Below, piece after piece: positions 18,407 to 27,618 of a stretch of DNA of 64,000 nucleotides. The DNA comes from an uncultured Lachnospiraceae bacterium (lineage in GTDB: Bacteria > Bacillota > Clostridia > Lachnospirales > Lachnospiraceae), in assembly GCA_958402795.1 (NCBI GenBank), contig CATXUX010000009.1:12697-76696 (forward strand), given 5' to 3'. How positions within the stretch are numbered: the stretch's first letter is position 1; every line of letters begins with the position of its first letter. The position numbers and the translations under genes were made by a program. Below the pieces are notes generated by a model that searched no databases, was not told where the DNA came from, and worked only from the letters and a program-made list of their open reading frames with translations.

Positions 18407-19441
18407 ATGAAAAAGAAAGTTTTGGCAGTGATGTTAGGGATGGCAATGGCAGCGTCGTTATTGACGGGATGTGGTTCAGGAGAGGATACTTCCTCGGAGG
18501 AGACAACAGAAAATACAGAAGATACAGCAGAAGAAGGCGGAGATACCTACAAGGTTGCGATCGTAAAGCAGATGGATCATGCTTCTCTGGATGAGATCGC
18601 GGATGCGGTTGCGGCGGAACTTGATGCGATCAGCGAAGAAAACGATGTGACGATCGAGTATGAGATTTATTCCGGTCAGGGCGAGCAGACGACATTGAAA
18701 CAGATCGGCGATCAAGCGATTTCGGAAGGTGTGGATGCGATCATCCCGGTTGCGACGCTGGCTGCCCAGGTCATGACCGTATGTGCGGAGGAAACGCAGA
18801 CTCCGGTTGTATATGCGGCGATTTCTGATCCGGAAGCGGCGGAGCTGACGGATATTGATTATGTAACAGGAACCAGTGATGCGCTGAATACAGAGTTTAT
18901 TCTGGATATGATGCTGGCACAGAACCCGGATGTACAGAAGGTTGGTTTGCTGTATTCTCTGTCAGAAGCAAACTCCACGAAGCCGATCGAGGAAGCGAAA
19001 GCCTATCTGGACGACAAAGGAATCGAATATACAGAGCAAACGGCGGCGACAAATGATGAAGTGGTTGCGGCAGCTTCTTCTCTGATCGCAGAAGATGTAG
19101 ATGCAGTCTTTACACCGACGGATAATGTGATTATGGCGGCGGAGCTGGCAATTTACGAGGACCTTGCCAAGGCAGGAATCCCGCATTATACAGGGGCGGA
19201 TTCGTTTGTAAGAAATGGCGCTTTCACAACCTGCGGCGTGAACTATACAGATCTTGGAACAAAAACGGCTGATCTCGCATACACTGCGATCACGGACGGT
19301 ATGGCGGATATGGAAGATTATTATCTGATGGACGGCGGTATCATCACGGTAAATACAGAGACGGCAGAAACACTCGGCGTTGATTATTCCGTATTCCAGG
19401 ATATGGGAGAGGTTGTCGAAGTGACAACAACCGAAGAGTAG
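18407..19441 (+). CDS. ABC transporter substrate-binding lipoprotein (TrpX-like, probably tryptophan)
   Basis: Lipobox LTGC; QMDHASLD, VTGTSD, FTPTDN. Start 18407; Trp T-box upstream. Confidence 0.85.
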   Translation: MKKKVLAVMLGMAMAASLLTGCGSGEDTSSEETTENTEDTAEEGGDTYKVAIVKQMDHASLDEIADAVAAELDAISEENDVTIEYEIYSGQGEQTTLKQIGDQAISEGVDAIIPVATLAAQVMTVCAEETQTPVVYAAISDPEAAELTDIDYVTGTSDALNTEFILDMMLAQNPDVQKVGLLYSLSEANSTKPIEEAKAYLDDKGIEYTEQTAATNDEVVAAASSLIAEDVDAVFTPTDNVIMAAELAIYEDLAKAGIPHYTGADSFVRNGAFTTCGVNYTDLGTKTADLAYTAITDGMADMEDYYLMDGGIITVNTETAETLGVDYSVFQDMGEVVEVTTTEE

Positions 19442-19493
19442 GGCAACATAGAACAGAAGAAATAAATTACAGAAATAGAAGGAGGAACCTCAG

Positions 19494-20402
19494 GTGCTTT
19501 ATATCGTACAAACGGCTCTTGAACTTGGTTTTTTATATGCATTGGTTCCCATGGCATTGTTTTTAAGTTATCGTGTACTGGATATCGCGGATCTGACAAC
19601 GGACGGCTGCTTCATACTTGGAGCAGCCGTGTCCGTGACCATGGCGGCCGCAGGACATCCGTTTCTTGCCATTCCGGCGGCGATGTGCGCAGGGGCATGC
19701 GCCGGATTTGTCACGGCATTTCTCCAGACGAGGCTTGGAGTGCCATCAATCCTTGCAGGTATCGTGACGAACACCGGCCTTTACACGATCAATCTGATGG
19801 TGATGGGATGGAGTTCCAATGTAAGTCTTTTGAAGACAGATACCATTTTTACAATATTCCAGACTACGGGGATCGGCGGAGAATGGTACGAAACGGTTCT
19901 TGCCGGATTCGTGACGATTCTGATGGGCGTGCTGCTTGTTTTGTTTCTGGGAACACGGCTGGGACTCTCTATCCGCGCAACGGGAGATAACATTAATATG
20001 GTAAGAGCATCTTCCGTTAATCCGTCCTTTACGATCACAGTCGGACTCTGCATTTCCAATGCATTGACTGCGCTTTCGGGGGCGATGGTCGGGCAGTACC
20101 AGAATACAGCGGATATTAACGGCGGTTCCGGCATTGTCGTGATCGGACTGGCCTGCCTGATCATCGGAGAAACGGTACTGGGACGCCGGTCGATCGTCAA
20201 GGGTGCGATCGCGGCAGTGGTAGGCTCGATCATTTACCGGATTATTTATGCGATTGTCCTTTACACGAAAGTTGTTCCCGTGCAGGGATTAAAGCTGATT
20301 ACAGCAATCGTGGTCGGACTGGCGATCGCGTTCCCGACAATTAAGAGCTGGGTGCAGTTTGAGAAGAAAAAGCTGGCGGCAACGCGGAAAGGGGGAAGAT
20401 AG
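19494..20402 (+). CDS. ABC transporter permease (TrpY-like)
   Basis: ADLTTDG, GLSIRATGDN; multi-TM. Confidence 0.88.
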   Translation: MLYIVQTALELGFLYALVPMALFLSYRVLDIADLTTDGCFILGAAVSVTMAAAGHPFLAIPAAMCAGACAGFVTAFLQTRLGVPSILAGIVTNTGLYTINLMVMGWSSNVSLLKTDTIFTIFQTTGIGGEWYETVLAGFVTILMGVLLVLFLGTRLGLSIRATGDNINMVRASSVNPSFTITVGLCISNALTALSGAMVGQYQNTADINGGSGIVVIGLACLIIGETVLGRRSIVKGAIAAVVGSIIYRIIYAIVLYTKVVPVQGLKLITAIVVGLAIAFPTIKSWVQFEKKKLAATRKGGR

Positions 20403-20403
20403 G

Positions 20404-21204
20404 ATGCTGGATATCAAACATATTTCCAAAACCTTTAACCCCGGAACGATTAATGCAAAAACGGCGGTATCCGATCTGTCGCTGCATCTGGACGATGGAG
20501 ACTTTGTTACGATCATCGGTTCCAACGGGGCCGGGAAGTCTACCTTATTTAATGCAATTGCCGGATCGTTTTATGTCGATGAGGGAAACATCGAACTGGA
20601 CGGGAAAGATATCACCTATATGCCCGAACATAAGCGGAGCCGTGTCATCGGGCGGCTGTTTCAGGACCCGATGGGTGGAACTGCACCCGGAATGACGATC
20701 GAGGAAAATCTGGCGCTGGCTTATCTGCGTTCTGCAAAAGGCGGCGGACCGTTCAGCAGGGTAACAAAAAAAGAGAAGGAAGACTTCCGGGAAAAGCTGA
20801 GCCTGTTGGATATGGGCCTGGAAGACCGGATGAAGCAGCCGGTCGGACTTTTGTCGGGCGGGCAGCGCCAGGCGCTGACACTTCTTATGGCTACGCTGGT
20901 TACGCCAAAGCTGCTCCTTCTGGATGAACATACGGCGGCGCTTGATCCCGGGACTGCAGAGAAGGTGCTAAAGCTGACGCGGGAGATCGTGGACCGCGAT
21001 TATATCACCTGCCTGATGATCACCCATAATATGCATCAGGCGCTGGAACTGGGGAACCGGACGTTTCTGATGTCGGATGGGCATATTGTCCTCGATGTGA
21101 AAGGAAAAGAACGTGAAAATCTTACGGTGGAAGACCTGCTCGTGAAGTTTAAGGAAGGAACCGGGCAGGAGCTGGATAACGACAGGATTCTGCTGTCGAA
21201 TTAA
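20404..21204 (+). CDS. ABC transporter ATP-binding protein (TrpZ-like)
   Basis: GSNGAGKS, LSGGQRQ, LLLLDEHTAALDP. Confidence 0.92.
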   Translation: MLDIKHISKTFNPGTINAKTAVSDLSLHLDDGDFVTIIGSNGAGKSTLFNAIAGSFYVDEGNIELDGKDITYMPEHKRSRVIGRLFQDPMGGTAPGMTIEENLALAYLRSAKGGGPFSRVTKKEKEDFREKLSLLDMGLEDRMKQPVGLLSGGQRQALTLLMATLVTPKLLLLDEHTAALDPGTAEKVLKLTREIVDRDYITCLMITHNMHQALELGNRTFLMSDGHIVLDVKGKERENLTVEDLLVKFKEGTGQELDNDRILLSN

Positions 21205-21250
21205 ATGAGGAATAGAGTCGAAGGTATATTGGATTAACAGCAGTGGAAAT

Positions 21251-21306
21251 AAGACAGGAGTTGTCGGGAAAAGAAAGAGCATTTTCCGGCAGCTCTTGTT
21301 TTTTTG
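21251..21306 (+). terminator. Rho-independent terminator of the ABC operon
   Basis: ACAGGAGTTGTCGGGAAA...TTTTCCGGCAGCTCTTGT followed by a T-tract. Confidence 0.7.
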
Positions 21307-21443
21307 TACCTTAAATGGATGAATTCGGGTTCTGCCATATTATGACAAAAAAAGAGAAGAAAAAACGAGTTTATGAAAGTTCGTTTTTGAGTTATCTTCT
21401 ATACTTATAATCAGTAAGTTGGGAATACGAGGAGGAACAAAAA

Positions 21444-23185
21444 ATGAACTATCATGCAATTACTCTTATCTGGGGGAGGATGAATACAATCAGGAATATA
21501 CGGAAGGCATCTACGTCGGGTACCGGTTTTTCGATTCTTTCGGCATACAGCCAAGATATCATTTTGGATACGGTCTTTCGTATACCCATTTTTCGCTGTT
21601 TGCAGAGGAAATTGCAGCAGACGAGGCAGAGGTTTCCATGAAAGTAACCGTCCGTAATATCGGGGAGACGGCCGGGAAAGAAGTGGTTCAGCTCTATGCA
21701 ACGGCTCCCTTTGGCGGCGGCGCGGAATATCAAAGACTTGTAGCATTTGCAAAGACAAAAGAAATTGCGGCAGGGGAAAGTGAAACACTGACACTTTCAT
21801 TTCCGGTGAAAGACCTTGCACGCTATGAAGAGACCTCTTCCTCGTATGTGCTTCTTCCGGGGGATTATGTGCTGCGGCTTGGAACGGCTTCCAATGAAAC
21901 GAAACCCGTTGCGGTACTCCGGCTGGAGAAGGAAGTAACGACAGAAGTGTGCACCCCAATATGTTCCGTACAGCATGAGATAAAAGAGATCGTACCGCCC
22001 GCAAGAAAAGAGGAAAATCTGGATGGGGTTCCGGTATATACGCTGGATCCGGAACGATTTGCAGTAATCCGCCATACCTATCCGGAACTGCCGGTCTATA
22101 CGGATGAGAAGATCAAAGAAGTGATCGAATCCATGCCGGTGAGGGATCTGGCGACACTGGTCTGCGGCGGCGGGACGTCCGGAGAGCGTCTGGTCCTTGC
22201 GATGGGAGCGAGCGGCAGTACCACATCAGAGCTGTTTGAAAAATACGGAATCCCGAATGTCATCTGCTCCGACGGACCTGCAGGACTGAATCTGACGTCT
22301 CACATTGTAGAACTGCCGGACGGAAGCTGGAAGGCAGCGCGGGTGCCGGAAAATATGGAAGCATATAAGCGGTATCTGTTCGGCATGACCGGAAAAGCCA
22401 TGCTTTCCCAGATGGCAGACCCGGCGGACGGGGTATCACATTATCAGTATTGTACGGCATGGCCGTGCAGCCAGCTTCTGGCACAGAGCTTCAATCAGGA
22501 GCTTTTGGAGCAGGTGGGAGATGCAGTCGGAAAAGAAATGGAAGCTTATGGAGTAACCGTATGGCTTGCGCCGGGGATGAATATCCACAGGAATCCGCTC
22601 TGTGGAAGAACCTTTGAATATTATTCGGAAGATCCGCTTGTGTCCGGCAGGATGGCGGCGGCAATCGTCCGCGGCGTGCAGTCTCACCCGGGAAAAGGCA
22701 TGAGTATCAAACACTTTGTGGCAAATAACTGTGAACTGCATCGAAACGAATCCTCCTCCAATATGAGCGAGCGAACGCTGCGCGAACTGTATCTGAAAGG
22801 CTTTGAGATTGCGGTCAAAGAATCTGCGCCGATGACGGTGCTGGCTTCCTACAATATGGTCAATGGAGTTTATGCAACGAACAACTATGACCTGTTGGTA
22901 AAAGTCCTGCGGAATGAATGGGGATTTGAAGGCATGGTCATGAGCGACTGGGATTCCATTACATGTGAACGGGGAGACTGCATGAAAGCCAAAACGGCAG
23001 ATATCCTGAAAGCTCCGGCCGCGCAGTGCGATCTGGTGATGGCAGGACGCCCGGATCAGATCGAAGCGCTGGAAAAAGGCGTGGAGGAAGGTCTGGTAAA
23101 GATGGACGATCTGAAACGATGCGCAGCAAGAGTGCTGAAAATGGTGGCAGAGAATACCGTGTATCCATATGATATGCAGGAATAA
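21444..23185 (+). pseudogene. GH3 beta-glucosidase (permuted domain order), 5'-deleted / out of frame
   Basis: GH3 motifs EGIYVGYR, SDGPAG, APGMNIHRNPLCGRTFEYYSEDP, KHF and MSDW are present. The GAGGAGG-ATG at 21444 is out of frame with them, and the N-terminal domain seen in 46447-49335 is missing. Confidence 0.7.
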
Positions 23186-23274
23186 ACAGGAAAACTGCTG
23201 CAGCGTATTCTTTACATTGCAGCAGTTTTTATATTTAGATATAAAGCAGACATATATAAGGGAGGGTTGTTGCT

Positions 23275-24636
23275 ATGAGTAAGACAAAAGAAGACACATC
23301 TAAAAAAATTCCAGCGAAAATTATGCTTTCGTGGCCGACTATGACTATTTCTACCAGTGTTTCCGCTGTACTGATAGGATATGCTACATATTATGCCACT
23401 GATATTATGGGACTATCTGCCGTCACAGTAGGATTCATCTTTATGTTGTCTAAAATATTTGATGGATTTACAGATATCGTAGCAGGATATTTTATCGATA
23501 AAACACATTCTAAAATGGGAAAGGGGCGTCCGTGGCAGCTGGCGATCATCGGATACTGGATCAGTATTGTATTGATGTTCAGTGCGCCGGAGATGGGAAT
23601 CACTGCCTCCTGTGTGTATCTGTTTGTTACATATTCCATGATCAATTCAGTATTTATGACTTTGATCAGCTGCAGTGATCCGGTGTACTTGTCCAATGCA
23701 CTGGATGATTCCCGGCAGAGTGTTTCTATTCTGGCTTTTGCCGGGTTTATTTCGTTGATTTTTACAATGGCAGCATCCATAATTCTCCCACAGATGATTA
23801 AAACAATGGGAACGACAAGGGAGGGATGGATCCGGCTGTCTTTGATACTGGCTGTACCATTTACTTTATTGTCACTTGTACGGATTTTCGTAATAAAAGA
23901 AAAACGAAGTGTGGGGAAGGCTTCAGCAGAGAAGATAACACTGAAGGATATGATCAAGCTTCTGTTCAGTAATAAGTATATCCTTATTTTTGCACTGATC
24001 ATACTTATTAGTAATGTCGGCAGCAGTAGTTATACAACCGTACAGACTTATTTTTACACATGGATTCTCGGAGATATCGGAATCGGATCAATTATGTCGT
24101 TGTCTATGCTTCCGATTATTCTTGTAGTCATGATCATGCCGGTTCTTTCCAAAAAATTTGGATTTCTCCGGGTTATCCGGATAACTACACTGATTGGCAT
24201 GATTGGTTATCTGATCCGGCTTGTGAATATCAGAAATGTGCCCTTGCTGTTTGTTTCCAATGTTATATCTATGATGGGATTCTATACGATGTTTGCTTTT
24301 GCAGCGACCTTTGTGATTGACTGTATTGATTATGGAGAGTGGAAAAACGGGATTAGAAGTGAAGGTTCGATTTCCTGTGCACAAAGTGTAACGTCTAAGA
24401 TTGGTGCGGCAGTCGGAGCGGGAATGATCGGTTTGTTTATGGGATTTTCAGGATATGAGGGCAGCGCGGCAGTACAGACTGCTTCTGCAAACACAATGAT
24501 CGTTGTCCTCTATTCGGTTGTGCCGGCATTATTTTGTCTGATTCAGTTTATATTGTTGAAGGCATATGATCTTGATAAGCTTCTTCCGCAGATCAGAGTG
24601 GATCTGGATGAAAAACGTAAAAAAACACAGGAATAA
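23275..24636 (+). CDS. MFS glycoside-pentoside-hexuronide (GPH) transporter
   Basis: KIFDGFTDIVAGYFIDKTHSKMGKGRPW, DCIDYGEWKNGIRSEG. Confidence 0.9.
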   Translation: MSKTKEDTSKKIPAKIMLSWPTMTISTSVSAVLIGYATYYATDIMGLSAVTVGFIFMLSKIFDGFTDIVAGYFIDKTHSKMGKGRPWQLAIIGYWISIVLMFSAPEMGITASCVYLFVTYSMINSVFMTLISCSDPVYLSNALDDSRQSVSILAFAGFISLIFTMAASIILPQMIKTMGTTREGWIRLSLILAVPFTLLSLVRIFVIKEKRSVGKASAEKITLKDMIKLLFSNKYILIFALIILISNVGSSSYTTVQTYFYTWILGDIGIGSIMSLSMLPIILVVMIMPVLSKKFGFLRVIRITTLIGMIGYLIRLVNIRNVPLLFVSNVISMMGFYTMFAFAATFVIDCIDYGEWKNGIRSEGSISCAQSVTSKIGAAVGAGMIGLFMGFSGYEGSAAVQTASANTMIVVLYSVVPALFCLIQFILLKAYDLDKLLPQIRVDLDEKRKKTQE

Positions 24637-24651
24637 ACAAAAAAGGAGAAA

Positions 24652-26712
24652 GTGGCAGAAATGGCAGAGAAAATAATTTATGACGGCATAAAGGATGAAC
24701 AGTTTACAGAGCCCTATATTGACATAGATGAATGGCGTGATCAGCCGGTGTGTCATCGATATGTACACGGCGGCTTTCATGGGACGGAAACACGCTTCTG
24801 TTTCTATTATCCGCCAAAAGAAGAATTTAAGGGGCGTTTTTTTCAGAAGCTGGCGCTGGTGCAGGGACCTGAAGATGAAGCACAGCACCAGGAAGGGGAG
24901 GAAGATGTTATTTCTTTTTCTGTCCTGCATGGAGCTTATTATGTGGATACAAATCTTGGCGGTATCCTTAATGGGGGAGAAGATCATACGCTGGTTTACC
25001 GGTGCAGCGCTCAGGCAGCACAATTTTCGCGGAAGGTGGCCATGGAAATGTATGCATGCAGCCGACCCTTTGGATATGTTTTTGGCGGAAGCGGAGGCGG
25101 ATTCAAGACCATGAGTTGTGCGGAGAACACGACCGGGATCTGGGACGGCGCCGTGCCATTTGTTATCGGCTCGCCGATGGCTATGCCGAATGTATTTACA
25201 GTAAGAGCACATGCCATGCGTCTGTTAAGACATAAGTTTCCTGCCGTTGTGGATGCCATCGAGCCGGGCGGCAGCGGAGATCCGTATGCTGTGCTGAACG
25301 AGGAAGAGGCGGAAGCTCTCCGTGAGGCGACAGCAATGGGATTTCCGATGGATACATGGTGTGAGTATGAGACCATCGGGGAAGGGGCTCTGCCGGTCCT
25401 GTATCCGGCTATTCCGGCAATGGATCCTTCTTACTTTACAGATTTCTGGACAAAGAAGGGATATCTGGGTTCAGATGAAACGGGAAGTGCTGTCCGAGAT
25501 CGAATTAAGCTGGAAACAACAGTGAAGCATATTCATATTTCGGAACTGGGAATCAGTGGGATTGCTGAAAATATTGATAAAGGAAATGCTTATGGCGTAG
25601 ATGAGGCATGGAAGCACCAGATCGGGAAGGAAGGTAAGCTCCCGGTGCTGGAGCTGGATACATTTCCGCAGGGAGACATCTATAGCAGAGGTCTGGTAAT
25701 GAGATTTCTTGACGGGGAACTTGCCGGGCAGCAGATCAATTTATTTTGGCTGGGTTACAATCTGGTTACCGGAGCGGCAGATGCCAGCGGCAGGGATCTG
25801 AAGGAACTGATGGAGAAGATCCGGGTGGGAGACCGGGTTGAGATGGATAATTCTGATTATATTGCGGCACAAACCTATCATCGCCATCAGGTTCCGGAAT
25901 CGGAATATCATGCATGGTATTTTTTCCGGGATGAAAACGGGGATCCGAGATATCCGCAGAGACCATTTTTAGTTGCGCCGATACTGGCAAGACAAGGCTG
26001 CGGATCGGTACAGGAGGGAACCCCGAACTGCAAAATGATCATATTGGAAAGCCTGATGGATGAGAGCACTTTTCCGTGGCAGGCTGACTGGTACCGGAAG
26101 ACGATTATGAAAAACCGGGGAACAGACGGCAATGATATTATGCGCTTATGGTATATGGAGCATTGTATGCATACTGACTGCGAGGAGGGAAACGGCGGGG
26201 ATCATCAGCATATTGTAAGCTATCTGGGAGCGTTATATCAGGCACTTCTGGATCTCAGCGACTGGGTGGAACGTGATATCGAACCGGCAGCGACAAGTGG
26301 TTATTCCATGGAAGGCGGCCGGGTTGTGATCGCGGAGCGTGCAAAGGAACGAAAAGGAATTCAGCCGGTTGTAGCATTGAAAGCTGGAGCTGAGGCAGAC
26401 GGCAGAATAGATGTAAAGGCCGGTGAAGAGGTTCCCTTTGCTGCCTGTATTGAACTTCCGGAAGGATCCGGCGATGTAGAATTGGTAACGTGGGATTTTG
26501 AAGCGAAAAACAGATTTCTGTCAGAAGGAAGTATCCGGAAAACGGTATGGAGAGAGGATGGAACCGGTATAAGCATTGCGTACACAAAGCATATCTATAC
26601 AAGACCCGGTACGTATTTCCCGGTTGTGAAGGTTGCTTCTAACCGTACTTTAGGAGATAGATTTACCCGTGTGTGGAATCAGGCCAGAGTACGGGTGGTA
26701 GTAAGTGAGTAA
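24652..26712 (+). CDS. Uncharacterised alpha/beta-hydrolase (tannase/feruloyl-esterase-like) with C-terminal PKD-like domain
   Basis: GGSGGG nucleophile elbow followed by WDGAVP; C-terminal 'TWDFE...HIYTRPGTYFPVVKV'. Start is GTG 24652 or ATG 24661. Confidence 0.65.
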   Translation: MAEMAEKIIYDGIKDEQFTEPYIDIDEWRDQPVCHRYVHGGFHGTETRFCFYYPPKEEFKGRFFQKLALVQGPEDEAQHQEGEEDVISFSVLHGAYYVDTNLGGILNGGEDHTLVYRCSAQAAQFSRKVAMEMYACSRPFGYVFGGSGGGFKTMSCAENTTGIWDGAVPFVIGSPMAMPNVFTVRAHAMRLLRHKFPAVVDAIEPGGSGDPYAVLNEEEAEALREATAMGFPMDTWCEYETIGEGALPVLYPAIPAMDPSYFTDFWTKKGYLGSDETGSAVRDRIKLETTVKHIHISELGISGIAENIDKGNAYGVDEAWKHQIGKEGKLPVLELDTFPQGDIYSRGLVMRFLDGELAGQQINLFWLGYNLVTGAADASGRDLKELMEKIRVGDRVEMDNSDYIAAQTYHRHQVPESEYHAWYFFRDENGDPRYPQRPFLVAPILARQGCGSVQEGTPNCKMIILESLMDESTFPWQADWYRKTIMKNRGTDGNDIMRLWYMEHCMHTDCEEGNGGDHQHIVSYLGALYQALLDLSDWVERDIEPAATSGYSMEGGRVVIAERAKERKGIQPVVALKAGAEADGRIDVKAGEEVPFAACIELPEGSGDVELVTWDFEAKNRFLSEGSIRKTVWREDGTGISIAYTKHIYTRPGTYFPVVKVASNRTLGDRFTRVWNQARVRVVVSE

Positions 26713-26884
26713 GAATATTGGACATATCTCAGCATAAATGATTTAGTTACAGCTTATCAGTCAGTACATGTCAACTATTGAAAGCACCGTATACGAGAAC
26801 TGTACGTTCGGTGCTGTGAGTGTAGAGGAAGGGAGTTAATCACTCCCTCCTACTCGATGGATATGCTTTTACAGATTCATATTT

Positions 26885-27475
26885 TTATAGAGAAGATTGA
26901 AAATACATAAAGAAGCTGTGCATCATTTTTAATAAAAATACAGCAATTTCTTCAGGAGAGCGATCATCATTTTTTAACCATTCATGGATGGTGGACAGAT
27001 AGCCGGTAACAAAATAATTGATGATGTATGTGTGATCTTTTCCAAGTGATATGCCATTCCTTTTCAGATTGTTTTCGTAAATCTGAGTCAGAGATTCCTG
27101 CATTTTCCGGTAAAAGTAAGGATCGCCTGTCGGAGACAGCAAAAACTTGAAAAGCTGTTTGTGAGCATAGTGATATTTCATATCTTCAATAAATTCCTGC
27201 AAGTGTTTATCCTGCATATCTTCAAAATCTCCTGCCTGATAAGCAAGAAGCGACGGTGTTAAATTGCGGGTGTCCTGAATATAGGTTTTTTCAATTTCTC
27301 TAAGCAGATCATCTTTATTTTCATAGTAGCGATAGAAGGTACTTCTATAAGTACCGGCATATTTGCAGATATCTTCAACGGATATATTGTAATATCCTTT
27401 TTTATCGCATAATTCTATTAATGCGTTCATTAGTTTTTGTCTGGTACGTTTTTGCTTTTCCAGATTTTTCTCCAT
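26885..27475 (-). CDS. TetR/AcrR family regulator
   Basis: N-terminal HTH ISVEDICKYAGTYRSTFYRYY. Confidence 0.9.
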   Translation of the reverse strand: MEKNLEKQKRTRQKLMNALIELCDKKGYYNISVEDICKYAGTYRSTFYRYYENKDDLLREIEKTYIQDTRNLTPSLLAYQAGDFEDMQDKHLQEFIEDMKYHYAHKQLFKFLLSPTGDPYFYRKMQESLTQIYENNLKRNGISLGKDHTYIINYFVTGYLSTIHEWLKNDDRSPEEIAVFLLKMMHSFFMYFQSSL

Positions 27476-27525
27476 GATATTCTCCCTTCTGCAGAAAGCT
27501 GGTACATTTTAATATCTTTTGTTGC

Positions 27526-27594
27526 AATAGGACATAGTGTCCTCTTTTGTACTTTATCATATCCGGTGAATTTTGTAAACTCAAACTAAAAAAG
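27526..27594. promoter_or_regulatory. TetR-type operator AGGACA-N3-TGTCCT and divergent promoter, copy 1
   Basis: Palindrome at 27529-27543; minus-strand TTTACA-17-TAAAGT promoter pointing toward tetR. Confidence 0.65.
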
Positions 27595-27618
27595 CCGTAC
27601 TATCAGGGAGGGAATTCT

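Noticed and set aside
16137..21325. CTTAAA(C/T)GGATGAATT at 16137 and 21310 as att sites flanking the AAA and Trp ABC genes
   Set aside because: A 15/16 match is expected by chance in 64 kb, and no mobility gene lies between the copies.
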